From the IMG/VR virus record IMGVR_UViG_3300032239_000181, positions 1 through 27,721 of that record: a stretch of 27,721 nucleotides of DNA; one strand, written 5' to 3'. Below are positions 5,886 to 15,806 of this stretch, piece by piece. Made by a program: the position numbers and the translations under genes. Source of the stretch: a virus. Taxonomy: Duplodnaviria > Caudoviricetes. Position 1 is the first letter of the stretch; each line of letters opens with the position of its first letter. The notes beneath the pieces are model-generated. The model was not told the DNA's origin, ran no database searches, and was given only the letters and a program-made list of their open reading frames with translations.

Positions 5886-6655
5886 TATGTTTTCATGATG
5901 TACGCTAATGCGTAGTATGGCGGCAAATTAGCATTAGTTCCACTTGTTCCGCTTGATGTGTTAGTTGTTGATGTAGCTACTGTAATACCTGTTGTTGATG
6001 TACTTGTATTAGGGGAAAATAAATAATATTGTGAACCGGATTTTCCTAATGTTGAAGATATAGAAGAAGTTCCAAAAGCACCAAATTCAGCAGATACTCC
6101 TGAAATATGAAAATGTCCAGGGTCTGTAACTGTTGATGTAGAAGCGGCAGTATGTGTATGACTTACAACAATTGCATCAGCAGAGCCGCCTGTAGCACCA
6201 ACTGCATAGGATGAACCAGCGGCAATAACAAAGCGGTCACGCAAATCCGGCGTTGAATTAGAGCCATCACAAAGCACATATCCTGTAGGTATTGCCCCCA
6301 AACTTCCTGACCAAAGAATAATAGCCCCGGTTGGAAGACTTGGCGCACTAGCCGGTGCATTTTGCAATATTGGATATAAATTATCTAATGTTTGCAATGT
6401 AACCGATGATGCAGTTTGAATAATAAACTTGTAACTATAACCAGCTTGCATCCAAACTTCATTAGGAGTTCGTCCATAAGCATCTAAAACAATAGGATTA
6501 CTGTTAGCAACTAAACCATTAACTGTTGTATAAGTGCTTAATAATGTGCTTGACCCAGCTAAATAAGTGTAAATTAATCCACCAGCATTAGGTATTCCAT
6601 TATTAGTAAAAAATTGCTGGCCATTGCCAACTGGGGATAAAAGTACGCTTGCCAT
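5885..6655 (-). CDS. Short tail appendage protein: head-binding-like N-terminus plus tail-collar-like C-terminus
   Basis: N-terminal QFF..NG.P.AGG.IYTY.AG...NPIVLD..GR. C-terminal PTGAIILWSG...IPTGYVLCDG.NSTPDLRDRF...NLPPYYALAYIMK. Syntenic with P22 gene 9. Confidence 0.75.
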   Translation of the reverse strand: MASVLLSPVGNGQQFFTNNGIPNAGGLIYTYLAGSSTLLSTYTTVNGLVANSNPIVLDAYGRTPNEVWMQAGYSYKFIIQTASSVTLQTLDNLYPILQNAPASAPSLPTGAIILWSGSLGAIPTGYVLCDGSNSTPDLRDRFVIAAGSSYAVGATGGSADAIVVSHTHTAASTSTVTDPGHFHISGVSAEFGAFGTSSISSTLGKSGSQYYLFSPNTSTSTTGITVATSTTNTSSGTSGTNANLPPYYALAYIMKT

Positions 6656-9087
6656 TATGGGAGTTCCTCACCGTATTTAATAAAATCGCTTATTTTGTTC
6701 ATTTTTTCTTTTGCAACTTTTTTGCCGTAAAGATGTTTACCAATTAAAGCACCAGTAGTTACTACCGGAACAGGAAAATAACCACCCGAAATAGCGGCAT
6801 TAGCGGCCGCTTCTGTACCCATTGAACCGAGAGCCGCAATAATGCTTGATGCGCTTCCTGATGGATTTGTAGTGTCTTTAGGAATAGTTTGCAAATCTTT
6901 TGTTACATCATTAATAGTGCGATAGTATTCTGCACCTTTTTTACCAAATAAAAGGTCTAATTTATCGCTTTTATCTAATTGATTAATAACTGTATCTAAA
7001 CTTCTAGTTTCAACATAGGGCAATCCATTAATATCACGTTGTACGCCTTTAGTTGCCACATTTTTAATATGTTGTGCAACTGCGCCACGTAATTCATTGA
7101 TTAGTTCTAATCCAGTATCGCCACGTTTTGCTAATGTATTAAATAAATTAGTTACGTCTTCAGCAGAACCTTTAATCATTACTTTATCAACCAAATCAGC
7201 TACCGCAGTTGAATGTTGTTTTGTTCCTGGCTTAGTGCCAAGAATAGTTTGCATAATCGGCGTATTGTTAAATTCGTTTTCATAAGCGGCATTTTTAGCA
7301 CGGGCATCTTTATATAAATCACCGCCCTTACCTTCAGTTGCCTGGTCAATTAATGCATTTATTTCTTTACCGTAATAGGCATTAGAAGAACTGTCCCTAG
7401 ATAAACGATTAACCATTTTGCGTACTTCTTCAATATTGTTTAAAGAAATACCGCCATCTTTATCAATTAAGTTTTTAAGTTTAATTTGAGCACTTGTAAT
7501 AACTGGGGCATTAATAGCTTCAGCTTCTAAACCGTCTACATAATTTTTAATAGGTGTAGCATCAATTAATTCAGCCATTTCACCTTTATTACGGGCTATA
7601 TCATAAGCATTATTTTTTTCAATTTGAGCCGTTTTTTTAGCCCCTTGAACTTCACTTCTAAGAATTGCGCCAACAGTTGATGGTTGCGCTTCGCTTAATG
7701 TGGCACCCGTATCTTGAATAAATTGATTTAAATTACGTTGAATTAAACCATTTTGTTCAGCATATAATTCTTGAAATTGTTGCCCAAAAACAGGGTCTTT
7801 AGCAGTTTCACGTGCAAATCGTACATCAGCCGGGTGTCGTGTAAGTTGGCTTTTTTCCATATCAATAGGAAAAGGAAGTTCTGCGGCACGTTGTTTACGC
7901 AAACTTGCGGCGGGTACTTCAGCGGCACCAACATTACGGCCAGCTAAATCTTCTGCCGGGCGCAATGCTTCAAATTGATTTTGTAATGCTTCTTTAGCTT
8001 TTCTTGGTGCCGCTTTAACAACTTCACCAGCTTTAGTAACCGCCTGGCCAGTAACTTTTGCAACTTTAGGACCACCAGCAATTAATGCGGCGTTCATAAA
8101 CCATTCAACGTCAGCTTTAGGTAATCCAGTTTCTTTAGAAATGTAATCGGCACCCTTGTCCATGTTTTCGCCAACGTATTTCATCAAACGTTGGGAAGCT
8201 TCACCCATGTAAGCTGGGTCTTGAGTAATGCCAAAAGCTTTACCTAATGGTTGTTGCATTTCATTAGTAATTGTAGATAAAACATTAGTTGCGGCATTAG
8301 GGTTAATAACAGGCTTTTCAGTCAATTTATTAACACCTTGAAGCCCTAAATCAATTGCTTTTGCAACTGGGGTACCTACAAAATTGATAGCCCCAGGAAC
8401 GGTGCTATAAAGAGTGTCATATAAAGCGGCCGCTTGTTTAGGTAATATGTTTGTATAAAAACTAGGGTTTGTTAAATCTTTTTTAAGGCCAGTAAATTGG
8501 TTTGAAACTTCTTCTTTAACAGTTGGTACATAAACACCTTTTTCTTTTAAAAGATTTGCATAAGGGTCAATACCTTCATCAACTAAAGTTGCATTTACCG
8601 GATTAGATTTTTTCCATTCAGATTTTGGATTAATTTGTACGTGAACTGGGTCTTTTGACCCATAAGGACGATGCAAACCAAATTGTTCTAAAAACTGATT
8701 TGGCACATGAGTAAGCATATCAACTGCATCTTCATGAAAGAATTGTTTATCTTTATATTGCGGTTCGTCAGGATTAATTGCCATAAAGCCAGTATTTTTA
8801 GAACCGGCTAACCTTGCTTTATATTCTTGATATTGTTGTTCCCTAGTGCGCCGACCGCTAGTAATTGGAAGCAGTTCGGCTTTAGGGTTAAATTCTTTAT
8901 TAACCAGCCAGGCTTCTTCTGCTAATTTAATGCGTTCTTTTAACTCAGGATTAAGATTTTCTAAATCTACACTTGATTTTTTAGTGGATGGTTTAAATAC
9001 TTCATTGGTTATTGGACCAAAAGTAACACTTGAACCCCTGTCTAAATACTTTAAAGACGGGTCAATTTCTTCATCTAAAATAGCCAT
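6655..9087 (-). CDS. Large ejection (DNA transfer) protein, gp16 position, with N-terminal peptidase M15-like domain
   Basis: 810 aa, mostly helical; N-terminal LNPELK..ITSGRRT..H..AVD..FGL..DPVHVQ. Assigned by synteny. Confidence 0.65.
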   Translation of the reverse strand: MAILDEEIDPSLKYLDRGSSVTFGPITNEVFKPSTKKSSVDLENLNPELKERIKLAEEAWLVNKEFNPKAELLPITSGRRTREQQYQEYKARLAGSKNTGFMAINPDEPQYKDKQFFHEDAVDMLTHVPNQFLEQFGLHRPYGSKDPVHVQINPKSEWKKSNPVNATLVDEGIDPYANLLKEKGVYVPTVKEEVSNQFTGLKKDLTNPSFYTNILPKQAAALYDTLYSTVPGAINFVGTPVAKAIDLGLQGVNKLTEKPVINPNAATNVLSTITNEMQQPLGKAFGITQDPAYMGEASQRLMKYVGENMDKGADYISKETGLPKADVEWFMNAALIAGGPKVAKVTGQAVTKAGEVVKAAPRKAKEALQNQFEALRPAEDLAGRNVGAAEVPAASLRKQRAAELPFPIDMEKSQLTRHPADVRFARETAKDPVFGQQFQELYAEQNGLIQRNLNQFIQDTGATLSEAQPSTVGAILRSEVQGAKKTAQIEKNNAYDIARNKGEMAELIDATPIKNYVDGLEAEAINAPVITSAQIKLKNLIDKDGGISLNNIEEVRKMVNRLSRDSSSNAYYGKEINALIDQATEGKGGDLYKDARAKNAAYENEFNNTPIMQTILGTKPGTKQHSTAVADLVDKVMIKGSAEDVTNLFNTLAKRGDTGLELINELRGAVAQHIKNVATKGVQRDINGLPYVETRSLDTVINQLDKSDKLDLLFGKKGAEYYRTINDVTKDLQTIPKDTTNPSGSASSIIAALGSMGTEAAANAAISGGYFPVPVVTTGALIGKHLYGKKVAKEKMNKISDFIKYGEELP

Positions 9088-10502
9088 TATTGATATAAAC
9101 CTTTAGCTAAACGGTGGATAACAACTCTATCTTCTTTGTATTTTTTAAATTCATCATCTGACATACGGCTAGTAATGTCTTTAATTTTTGCAGATTTTTC
9201 AGTTTCAGGAATGTTTGAACTAGCAATATTATCCACTTGGAAAATGCGTGGGTCATAATGGTCGGACCATTTGCTTTGAAACTTGTTAGCTTGAATAAAT
9301 CCATTAATATCGCCACGTTTTTCAACAAACTTTTTAAGGCCTTCACTATATAATTCAACCGCTTTAGATTCGGCTTTAACTTGTTGCATTACGCCAGCCA
9401 AAGCTTTTTCATCAATTTTTTCACTACCACTAAGTTTTGCATTAAGTTCTTGGGCCGGAATATTGTTGTTTAATCCCATGACTTCAGCATTTCTAGCTTG
9501 AACTTGGGCAATATTTTTAACCAAAGAATCCAAATCAGAATTACCAAATATCCATTTACCGCCTTGTTGAATCATTTGATAACCTTTAGAACCGCTTGCA
9601 CTACCCATAAATTCTTCAACTTTACGAACCGCTTGTTGTAAATCTTTTTGTTTGCTTTGAATAATACGGGCATTATCAAATTCTGTTTGACCAGCTTTAT
9701 AACGGTCTTTTTGTATATCGCTAAGATTTAATGGGTTTACAGAACCCGTATAACTTAAATTCTTATCTTCAGAAATCAAACTTGGCAATGAAGAACTTGT
9801 TTTAGGTGGTTCCATTGTTGTACCACCACCTAATTGTGATGTGCTAATAGTTGGTTTACTACCCATAATTGAAGGCTGGGTGGTTGTTTGAACTGTTGCA
9901 CCACCAATTTGTGCAGTTCCAGCTTGAGGGGCAAACATTTGATGTTTAGTTTGTGGGCTTAATAAATCAACTGAATTTTTAATGGCGGCTTGGGCTATAT
10001 GTGGTCCTGGTGGCATTGTGCCAATCATGTTGGAATAAGCATCAGCCAATTGTGCAATATGGGCATTATTAGGATATAAAGTTTTTAAACCTTGATATGC
10101 ATCAATATATTGTTTTGGGTCTTTAACTCCGGCATATCCCAAAGTTTCACCTACGCTTGCAACAATTTGACGTTGTTTTGTATCTAAGCCTAATTCAGCT
10201 TCATCAGCCGCAGTTCTATATGTATGTAATTGAACTAATTTTTCATATTGTTTTGCGCCAGTAAACGGTGCAATAACAGGCAATACAGAAGCTTTATCTA
10301 AATCAATTCTGCCATTAGTCATGTATTTATCTTGGTCTTTCATAAATGTCATAACAACCGGCATTTCTTTAGCTTCTTCGTTAGCAATTTGTGCTTTACG
10401 TTGGGAAATAGCAGTTTCAGCCGAATAAAGGCCCATCTTCATCATGTCACCAAGCGACATTGAATTGTTTTTTGGGGATAAATCCGCAGTAAATTCAGCC
10501 AT
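9087..10502 (-). CDS. Ejection protein, gp20 position
   Basis: 471 aa, helical and Q/A/K-rich; lies between the gp7-like and gp16-like genes. Confidence 0.55.
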   Translation of the reverse strand: MAEFTADLSPKNNSMSLGDMMKMGLYSAETAISQRKAQIANEEAKEMPVVMTFMKDQDKYMTNGRIDLDKASVLPVIAPFTGAKQYEKLVQLHTYRTAADEAELGLDTKQRQIVASVGETLGYAGVKDPKQYIDAYQGLKTLYPNNAHIAQLADAYSNMIGTMPPGPHIAQAAIKNSVDLLSPQTKHQMFAPQAGTAQIGGATVQTTTQPSIMGSKPTISTSQLGGGTTMEPPKTSSSLPSLISEDKNLSYTGSVNPLNLSDIQKDRYKAGQTEFDNARIIQSKQKDLQQAVRKVEEFMGSASGSKGYQMIQQGGKWIFGNSDLDSLVKNIAQVQARNAEVMGLNNNIPAQELNAKLSGSEKIDEKALAGVMQQVKAESKAVELYSEGLKKFVEKRGDINGFIQANKFQSKWSDHYDPRIFQVDNIASSNIPETEKSAKIKDITSRMSDDEFKKYKEDRVVIHRLAKGLYQ

Positions 10503-10511
10503 AATTATTTC

Positions 10512-11402
10512 CTAAACTTTTGAGTAATCAACCATTTTGTAACCATCAGAACGCAAACTAACGGCATTAGGATTAATTTTTTCTAATTCATGTGCCATTA
10601 CACCAATAAATTGGCCTGGACCAGCTAATGGGTCGTTTTTAAATTCATCTTTGTATTCATAAATATAAACCGGCAACCCATTTGGAAGCCACCCAATTAC
10701 TTGAATATTTTCTTTCGTACGAATATCAGAAGTTGGTGCGGCGTTCATTTTATTCATGCCATATAACATTGCATAATTGCTTAAATTATTTAATCCACTT
10801 GTGTACGCATTAGCCCCACCCATAATTCCTGATGCTTGGGCATTACCAATAGATGACATTAAGTTTCCAACGTTTGCAGATGTACCACTAGCGGCACCGG
10901 CTGAAATTGCATTAGCATTTTGACCGACTCCGGTTAATGCATTAACATTGCTAACAACGTTTGTGCGATTAGCTTGATATTGATTAAATGCATTATTTAA
11001 AGCGTTCCCAGCATAATCTTGGGCAAACTGTTGACCGCCTTGAATAGCATTACCACTAATTAAGCCACCGCCAGCATTAACTCCGGCATTAAATTGGCCT
11101 AAACCTTGTTCCATACCAAATTTATAATTAGGCATTAATGAAGTTAAATCATTCATTGAGGGTTGGGCAGTTAAATAACCACTATCAGCTAAATTATTAT
11201 AAAGTCCTAATCCTTTTGCACCAGCATCCATATAAGGTTGATTTTGGGCAAGAGTTTTGCCATACATTTCACGGTTAAAAGAAATCCCTTGATTAGCGGC
11301 ATCAGTATATGCATTAGCCGCATTTTTAGAAGCGTTTGATGATAAATAAGCACCAGCTAATGTAGTACCACCAATAATTGCCGCCGCCGTTATAAATGCC
11401 AT
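10512..11402 (-). CDS. Ejection/pilot protein (gp7-like) with C-terminal peptidase S74-like domain
   Basis: Hydrophobic Gly/Ala N-terminus, QPY..AG..GL, P.YKF..EQG motifs; C-terminal SDIRTKENI...GVMAHE...VDYS. Confidence 0.75.
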   Translation of the reverse strand: MAFITAAAIIGGTTLAGAYLSSNASKNAANAYTDAANQGISFNREMYGKTLAQNQPYMDAGAKGLGLYNNLADSGYLTAQPSMNDLTSLMPNYKFGMEQGLGQFNAGVNAGGGLISGNAIQGGQQFAQDYAGNALNNAFNQYQANRTNVVSNVNALTGVGQNANAISAGAASGTSANVGNLMSSIGNAQASGIMGGANAYTSGLNNLSNYAMLYGMNKMNAAPTSDIRTKENIQVIGWLPNGLPVYIYEYKDEFKNDPLAGPGQFIGVMAHELEKINPNAVSLRSDGYKMVDYSKV

Positions 11403-11403
11403 A

Positions 11404-11877
11404 TTAATTACTCCCTAATAATGTGTTTTGAAGTTCTAATGCCCAATCCTTCAACTTATTGCTAGAATCAAAAAGTGCGGTTTCATCAAACTCAATTAAT
11501 TCCGCTTCAATTTCGTCCAAATCTGTTTTATCTGTTTTGTGAACATTTGTAATAATTGAATCAGTAACGGCATATATCACCCTTTTTGTTCCTAATTTAC
11601 TTTCAATTATATCGCCAGCTAGTAGGTTTTTCATACCATTTTCTGTCCAAGCTACAATTTCACCTTTTGTGCAAATAAAAAAATGGTCTTGTTTATGCAC
11701 TTTTCCAACTACCAACATTCCAGCCGGCATAAACATTTTTCTACAATACATACCGTTAGAAAAATAATGTTCAGTTAATGGTTCAATTTGCGCCATTTTT
11801 GAAACTTCTTTTTGCAAACGTCCAATTTGTTCTTTATTAGGAACATAATCGTTTAATAGTTCAATATTAGCGTTCAT
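11404..11877 (-). CDS. Cupin-like fold protein
   Basis: HYFSNGMYCRKMFMPAG..VVGKVHK..H, GTKR..YA..D....VH pattern. Confidence 0.7.
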   Translation of the reverse strand: MNANIELLNDYVPNKEQIGRLQKEVSKMAQIEPLTEHYFSNGMYCRKMFMPAGMLVVGKVHKQDHFFICTKGEIVAWTENGMKNLLAGDIIESKLGTKRVIYAVTDSIITNVHKTDKTDLDEIEAELIEFDETALFDSSNKLKDWALELQNTLLGSN

Positions 11878-12128
11878 AAGTTGTAATAAGGCACTTTATA
11901 AGATTGACCATTAACGGTTATATTAATAAAACCTACTGGATTAGAAGGTAAAACTGCCGCACCTTTTGTGGCCGTAGTAGCTGAAGTAAAGTTAAGTATT
12001 CCCAAAAAAAACTGTTGCCACGCCCTAGTTGGACGTTTTGTTTGTTCATCCAATAATGGGGATTGAGGATAAGGGTTATTTTGACTATTCGTCCAAACGC
12101 CGTTTCCTGAATTATTATTAGAGGCCAT
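11874..12128 (-). CDS. Small virion-associated protein (gp26 position)
   Basis: 84 aa immediately after the gp10-like gene; TRAWQQFF motif; coupled overlaps. Confidence 0.55.
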   Translation of the reverse strand: MASNNNSGNGVWTNSQNNPYPQSPLLDEQTKRPTRAWQQFFLGILNFTSATTATKGAAVLPSNPVGFINITVNGQSYKVPYYNL

Positions 12129-14230
12129 TAATTAGTTCCAGCATTAGCTTTAAGATTAGCCGCAGTAATTACGGCATTAATAGGGTCTGTAACTACTACT
12201 TCAAAAATACGGTCACGTGATTGGCCTAATCTGCGCCAAATAGCACGGTTTTTATAAGCACCTTGTACGCCAATACTAGACCAATGTTCATTTGACCAGG
12301 TAGAACCGCCATCATCTGACCAGCGGCACATTGCTTGGGGAACGGAACCGTCCGGCAAACCAACGCCAGGTTGGAAATGAATTTGCAATTCTGAAAAGTA
12401 TTGACGTTGATAGTCACTAATTAAATGTGGTGCCCTGCGCACCCTACGTATTTCATTGCCGCTATCGGTGTAGTTATTAGGGTCCAACATATAAATTTGG
12501 CCATTTGAATGGTCGCCAACAAGATTGATGCCTTGAAAATGTGAATGACAATTACCACGATGACGATGGAATACGTTTTGATTATCTACCCAAAGCCATT
12601 TATGCCACATACCGCTGGCAATGTCATAAGCCCAGGTTAAATCAAGCGTTGGAAAACTGACTACATAAACTTCATGACCTTCAATTAAATACGTCCAAGC
12701 CCTGGCATCAGAAATAAAACCGCCTTCAATACTATATTCAACGGCGTGATTACTAATTCGAGTTGGCATATAGCCATTCATCATCATAATTTGACCATCA
12801 CCACGAATATTTTTACTTAAATAAGCAAAAGAATTACCTAGTCTAGCTATTGAAAATGCGGCCGCTATACCATGTTGGGTTGATGTTCCAGGAATACGCT
12901 GAAACGCAAATGGGAATAAACCGCTATCTACCCATACTTCTGACGATGTTTCACCAATTAAATAAACTTCACGATGGTCCACAATCATAGACACCAAATT
13001 ATCCGGGGCACCATCTTTAGAACTAAAGCTTAACGCCGGGGAAATAGATGATAAAGGTGAAGAAGCACCCCATTGCTGGGTGTTTGGTCGGTTATAAACA
13101 AAATAGTTGTCCACCACATCGACAACAGTAGCCCCAGTAAAAGGACCATCATTAGCCGGCATAATACTAAAATTAAGCGCATATAAAGTCGTTGATGCAA
13201 CGGTTTGTGAAGTGCTAACAACATAGCTTCCTGTGCCCCCTGTACCTGTACCAAACGTTAATGTAAGGGTTAACCCTGTTCCATTACCGCTAGTTGTTGT
13301 TTGGGATGGCGTTCCTGGCACTACTGTATAAACGCCATTGCTGACAGTTGTTAATGCAGTAACGACACCGGCCGCAACAGTTGCAACCGTATAAGTAGCT
13401 TGTTGACTATATATACCGCCAGTTACTGTAATCGTGTCACCAGCGGCATATCCTGTACCGCCAGTAGTAATGGCATAAGATAACGCCGCAGAACCGCCTA
13501 AAGCCGTAATAATCGTTCCAGCGGTTACGCCTGTACCTTGAATAGTTTGTCCTGGGTATAAGATTCCGCTAGTTACCGCAGTTACCGTTAATACCGTTCC
13601 TGAAATAGAGCCAGTTATTTTAGCCGCAACCGCCGCAGAATTAAATACTTCTGAAGGTTCAGTTTGGCTAATATTAATTGTATATGTTCCTACACCGCCT
13701 GTTCCTGTACCTAATGCCGTAATAATAGTTTCATTAGTTACGCCTATACCAAATAATGATTGGCCGGCCGTAATTGTTCCTGATTTCATTAATGTAACAG
13801 TTAGTGTAAACCCTGATACATAACCAACAAATTGTGCGGCTAAAGGGTTAGAAATACGCCATGAATAACGGTTAGTTCCATCAACAATATAAACGTTAAC
13901 ACCATTATCAGAAATTCCTACCATACCGGTAGCACTATTTAATGAACCAATAATTGTAGGTGTAAATGTAGAATTAAGCACATAAACATATTGACCGCAA
14001 ACTACTGCCATGTATTGACCGCCGGAAACCTGACGCATACCTCGCACTTCTTCGGAATTAAATAAGGTAACTTTAGTAGTTAATCCCGGCGTTGGATAAA
14101 GGGCAATTACGCCGTTTTGACCAGGTTGTTTTAAAGGGTCAATTTCAGGTCGAAAATTAATACACTCCTGGGCATCTTGGTAGATGGACGGGGCTTCATA
14201 TGATGGTCCAACAAATCCAAAATCCGGCAT
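12128..14230 (-). CDS. P22 gp10-like tail hub/DNA stabilization protein with inserted beta domains
   Basis: QECIN...LYPTPGL, ISDNG, GETSSEVW, TWAYD..SGMWH, WSDDGGSTWS, WRRLG.SRDRIF motifs. Confidence 0.9.
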   Translation of the reverse strand: MPDFGFVGPSYEAPSIYQDAQECINFRPEIDPLKQPGQNGVIALYPTPGLTTKVTLFNSEEVRGMRQVSGGQYMAVVCGQYVYVLNSTFTPTIIGSLNSATGMVGISDNGVNVYIVDGTNRYSWRISNPLAAQFVGYVSGFTLTVTLMKSGTITAGQSLFGIGVTNETIITALGTGTGGVGTYTINISQTEPSEVFNSAAVAAKITGSISGTVLTVTAVTSGILYPGQTIQGTGVTAGTIITALGGSAALSYAITTGGTGYAAGDTITVTGGIYSQQATYTVATVAAGVVTALTTVSNGVYTVVPGTPSQTTTSGNGTGLTLTLTFGTGTGGTGSYVVSTSQTVASTTLYALNFSIMPANDGPFTGATVVDVVDNYFVYNRPNTQQWGASSPLSSISPALSFSSKDGAPDNLVSMIVDHREVYLIGETSSEVWVDSGLFPFAFQRIPGTSTQHGIAAAFSIARLGNSFAYLSKNIRGDGQIMMMNGYMPTRISNHAVEYSIEGGFISDARAWTYLIEGHEVYVVSFPTLDLTWAYDIASGMWHKWLWVDNQNVFHRHRGNCHSHFQGINLVGDHSNGQIYMLDPNNYTDSGNEIRRVRRAPHLISDYQRQYFSELQIHFQPGVGLPDGSVPQAMCRWSDDGGSTWSNEHWSSIGVQGAYKNRAIWRRLGQSRDRIFEVVVTDPINAVITAANLKANAGTN

Positions 14231-14239
14231 ATATTGACC

Positions 14240-15448
14240 TTAATTAGTAAAACCGCCAGTTAAAATCCAGCCAGCATCTTTTGCTTTACTCATTAATAAA
14301 GCATCTTGATAGCGTGAAACCACCATTGGTGACATATTAGTACGTTTTAAAGTAGCTTTAGCTTGTGCGGCAAAGTTATTAATCATACTTAACATAGCTG
14401 GGTCATTTTTTCCATACATTGGGCACAAACGTTCAGCTAAACACCAACGCAAACACATAAAATAACCTTGGGGAAGCACAATATCTTCATAAAGTGTTTC
14501 ATAACGGCTAAATATGGTTTTAGCAAACATATGCATTTCACCCTGGCTAGGGTTAGGCCATAAAAACAAGTTTGCAGATTCAGCACCAGCATTGTAATAA
14601 AGGGCTTTTGGCCAAGGACCATTTAAGGTTTTAAGGCCAATAGAGTTGTAATTATCCAAATTTAATGTTGCTACTGGGTAATCAATACCGCCATTTAATA
14701 TTGGGCTTCCGCTTTGACTAGTTGCAATACGAACATAAGCAGAATCAATTGCTAATGGTTTTTGATAATAAGCTTGAATATTAGTAGGAACAACAGTTCC
14801 AGTAATCGTAATTGGGCTTCCGACACTTCCAGCCGTTTGACTAACGCTAACTGTATAAGTTCCTACGCCACCCGTACCAGTACCAAGCGCAGTAATAGTA
14901 GTTCCTGACGTTACGCCAGTACCGCTAATAACTGAACCAATAGCAATATTTCCGCTAGTTACGGCCGTTACGGTTAATGTTGTGGTTGAAATATAACCTG
15001 TAAATATTGGCGTTTGTATAGCTTGGGTGATATTTAGCCTATATGTACCAACTTCATTAACGTTACCGCCGGCACCAGTTAATAATTCAACAATTTTAGT
15101 TCCAGCAGTAATTCCAGTACCGCTAAGATATTGACCTTGGGCAACTGCACCCTGAGTAATGCCAGTAACAGTTAAAACATTACCTGAAAATGTACCCGTA
15201 AATTGTGCACCAACAAAGTTTGCAGTTGTAGGGTCAGGGCCAATAGTGTATTGAACTTGACCTGAAACCACGTTAAATATAATTTCTTGGATATTAAAAA
15301 CAATAAAATCTTCGTTTGACCATTGGTCAATCATATCGTTTAACATATCCAAACAATCAATAGCTGAATCTGAAGTTGGGGCTTCCCCGGCCGCTAATGC
15401 GCCAATGTCTTTTAAAGAACGGCTAATAATGTCTATTGGCGTTGTCAT
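14240..15448 (-). CDS. P22 gp4-like head-to-tail adaptor with inserted beta domains
   Basis: [16 protein letters not shown]....[14 protein letters not shown]-terminus; LPQGY..CLRWCLA.RLCPMYG C-terminus. Confidence 0.8.
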   Translation of the reverse strand: MTTPIDIISRSLKDIGALAAGEAPTSDSAIDCLDMLNDMIDQWSNEDFIVFNIQEIIFNVVSGQVQYTIGPDPTTANFVGAQFTGTFSGNVLTVTGITQGAVAQGQYLSGTGITAGTKIVELLTGAGGNVNEVGTYRLNITQAIQTPIFTGYISTTTLTVTAVTSGNIAIGSVISGTGVTSGTTITALGTGTGGVGTYTVSVSQTAGSVGSPITITGTVVPTNIQAYYQKPLAIDSAYVRIATSQSGSPILNGGIDYPVATLNLDNYNSIGLKTLNGPWPKALYYNAGAESANLFLWPNPSQGEMHMFAKTIFSRYETLYEDIVLPQGYFMCLRWCLAERLCPMYGKNDPAMLSMINNFAAQAKATLKRTNMSPMVVSRYQDALLMSKAKDAGWILTGGFTN

Positions 15449-15451
15449 AAT

Positions 15452-15805
15452 TTACTCAATTGAAAAAGTTTTACTATTAAATTCAGTTACCCAAGGTAGT
15501 TCCTGTGATGCTGGGCTTACAGGTGGATTAACAATAGAAGCAATTTGACCGTCAATGTTGGCATAGTAATTTACTTGATTGTCAGTCGCTTCGTTAATCC
15601 ATGCTAGTACTTCAGCTTGAGTTAGTTGGTCGTAAGGAACAAAGTCAGGTTGATTCTGTTCAGGTGTAAAGTTAATGTTGCCACCAATAGACGCTGTGTT
15701 TGTGCCGTCAGTCCCACTTACTTCGAATATGACATTAACGACGTATCCTGTTGGGTTAGGTACTGTATACATTGATTGTATGGTAGTGGTATAAGTTGTT
15801 GCCAT
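15452..15805 (-). CDS. Fibre-associated small protein (possible assembly chaperone)
   Basis: Directly after the fibre gene; FVPYDQLT.AEVLAWI...LPW motif seen next to phage fibre genes. Confidence 0.55.
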   Translation of the reverse strand: MATTYTTTIQSMYTVPNPTGYVVNVIFEVSGTDGTNTASIGGNINFTPEQNQPDFVPYDQLTQAEVLAWINEATDNQVNYYANIDGQIASIVNPPVSPASQELPWVTEFNSKTFSIE

Positions 15806-15806
15806 A

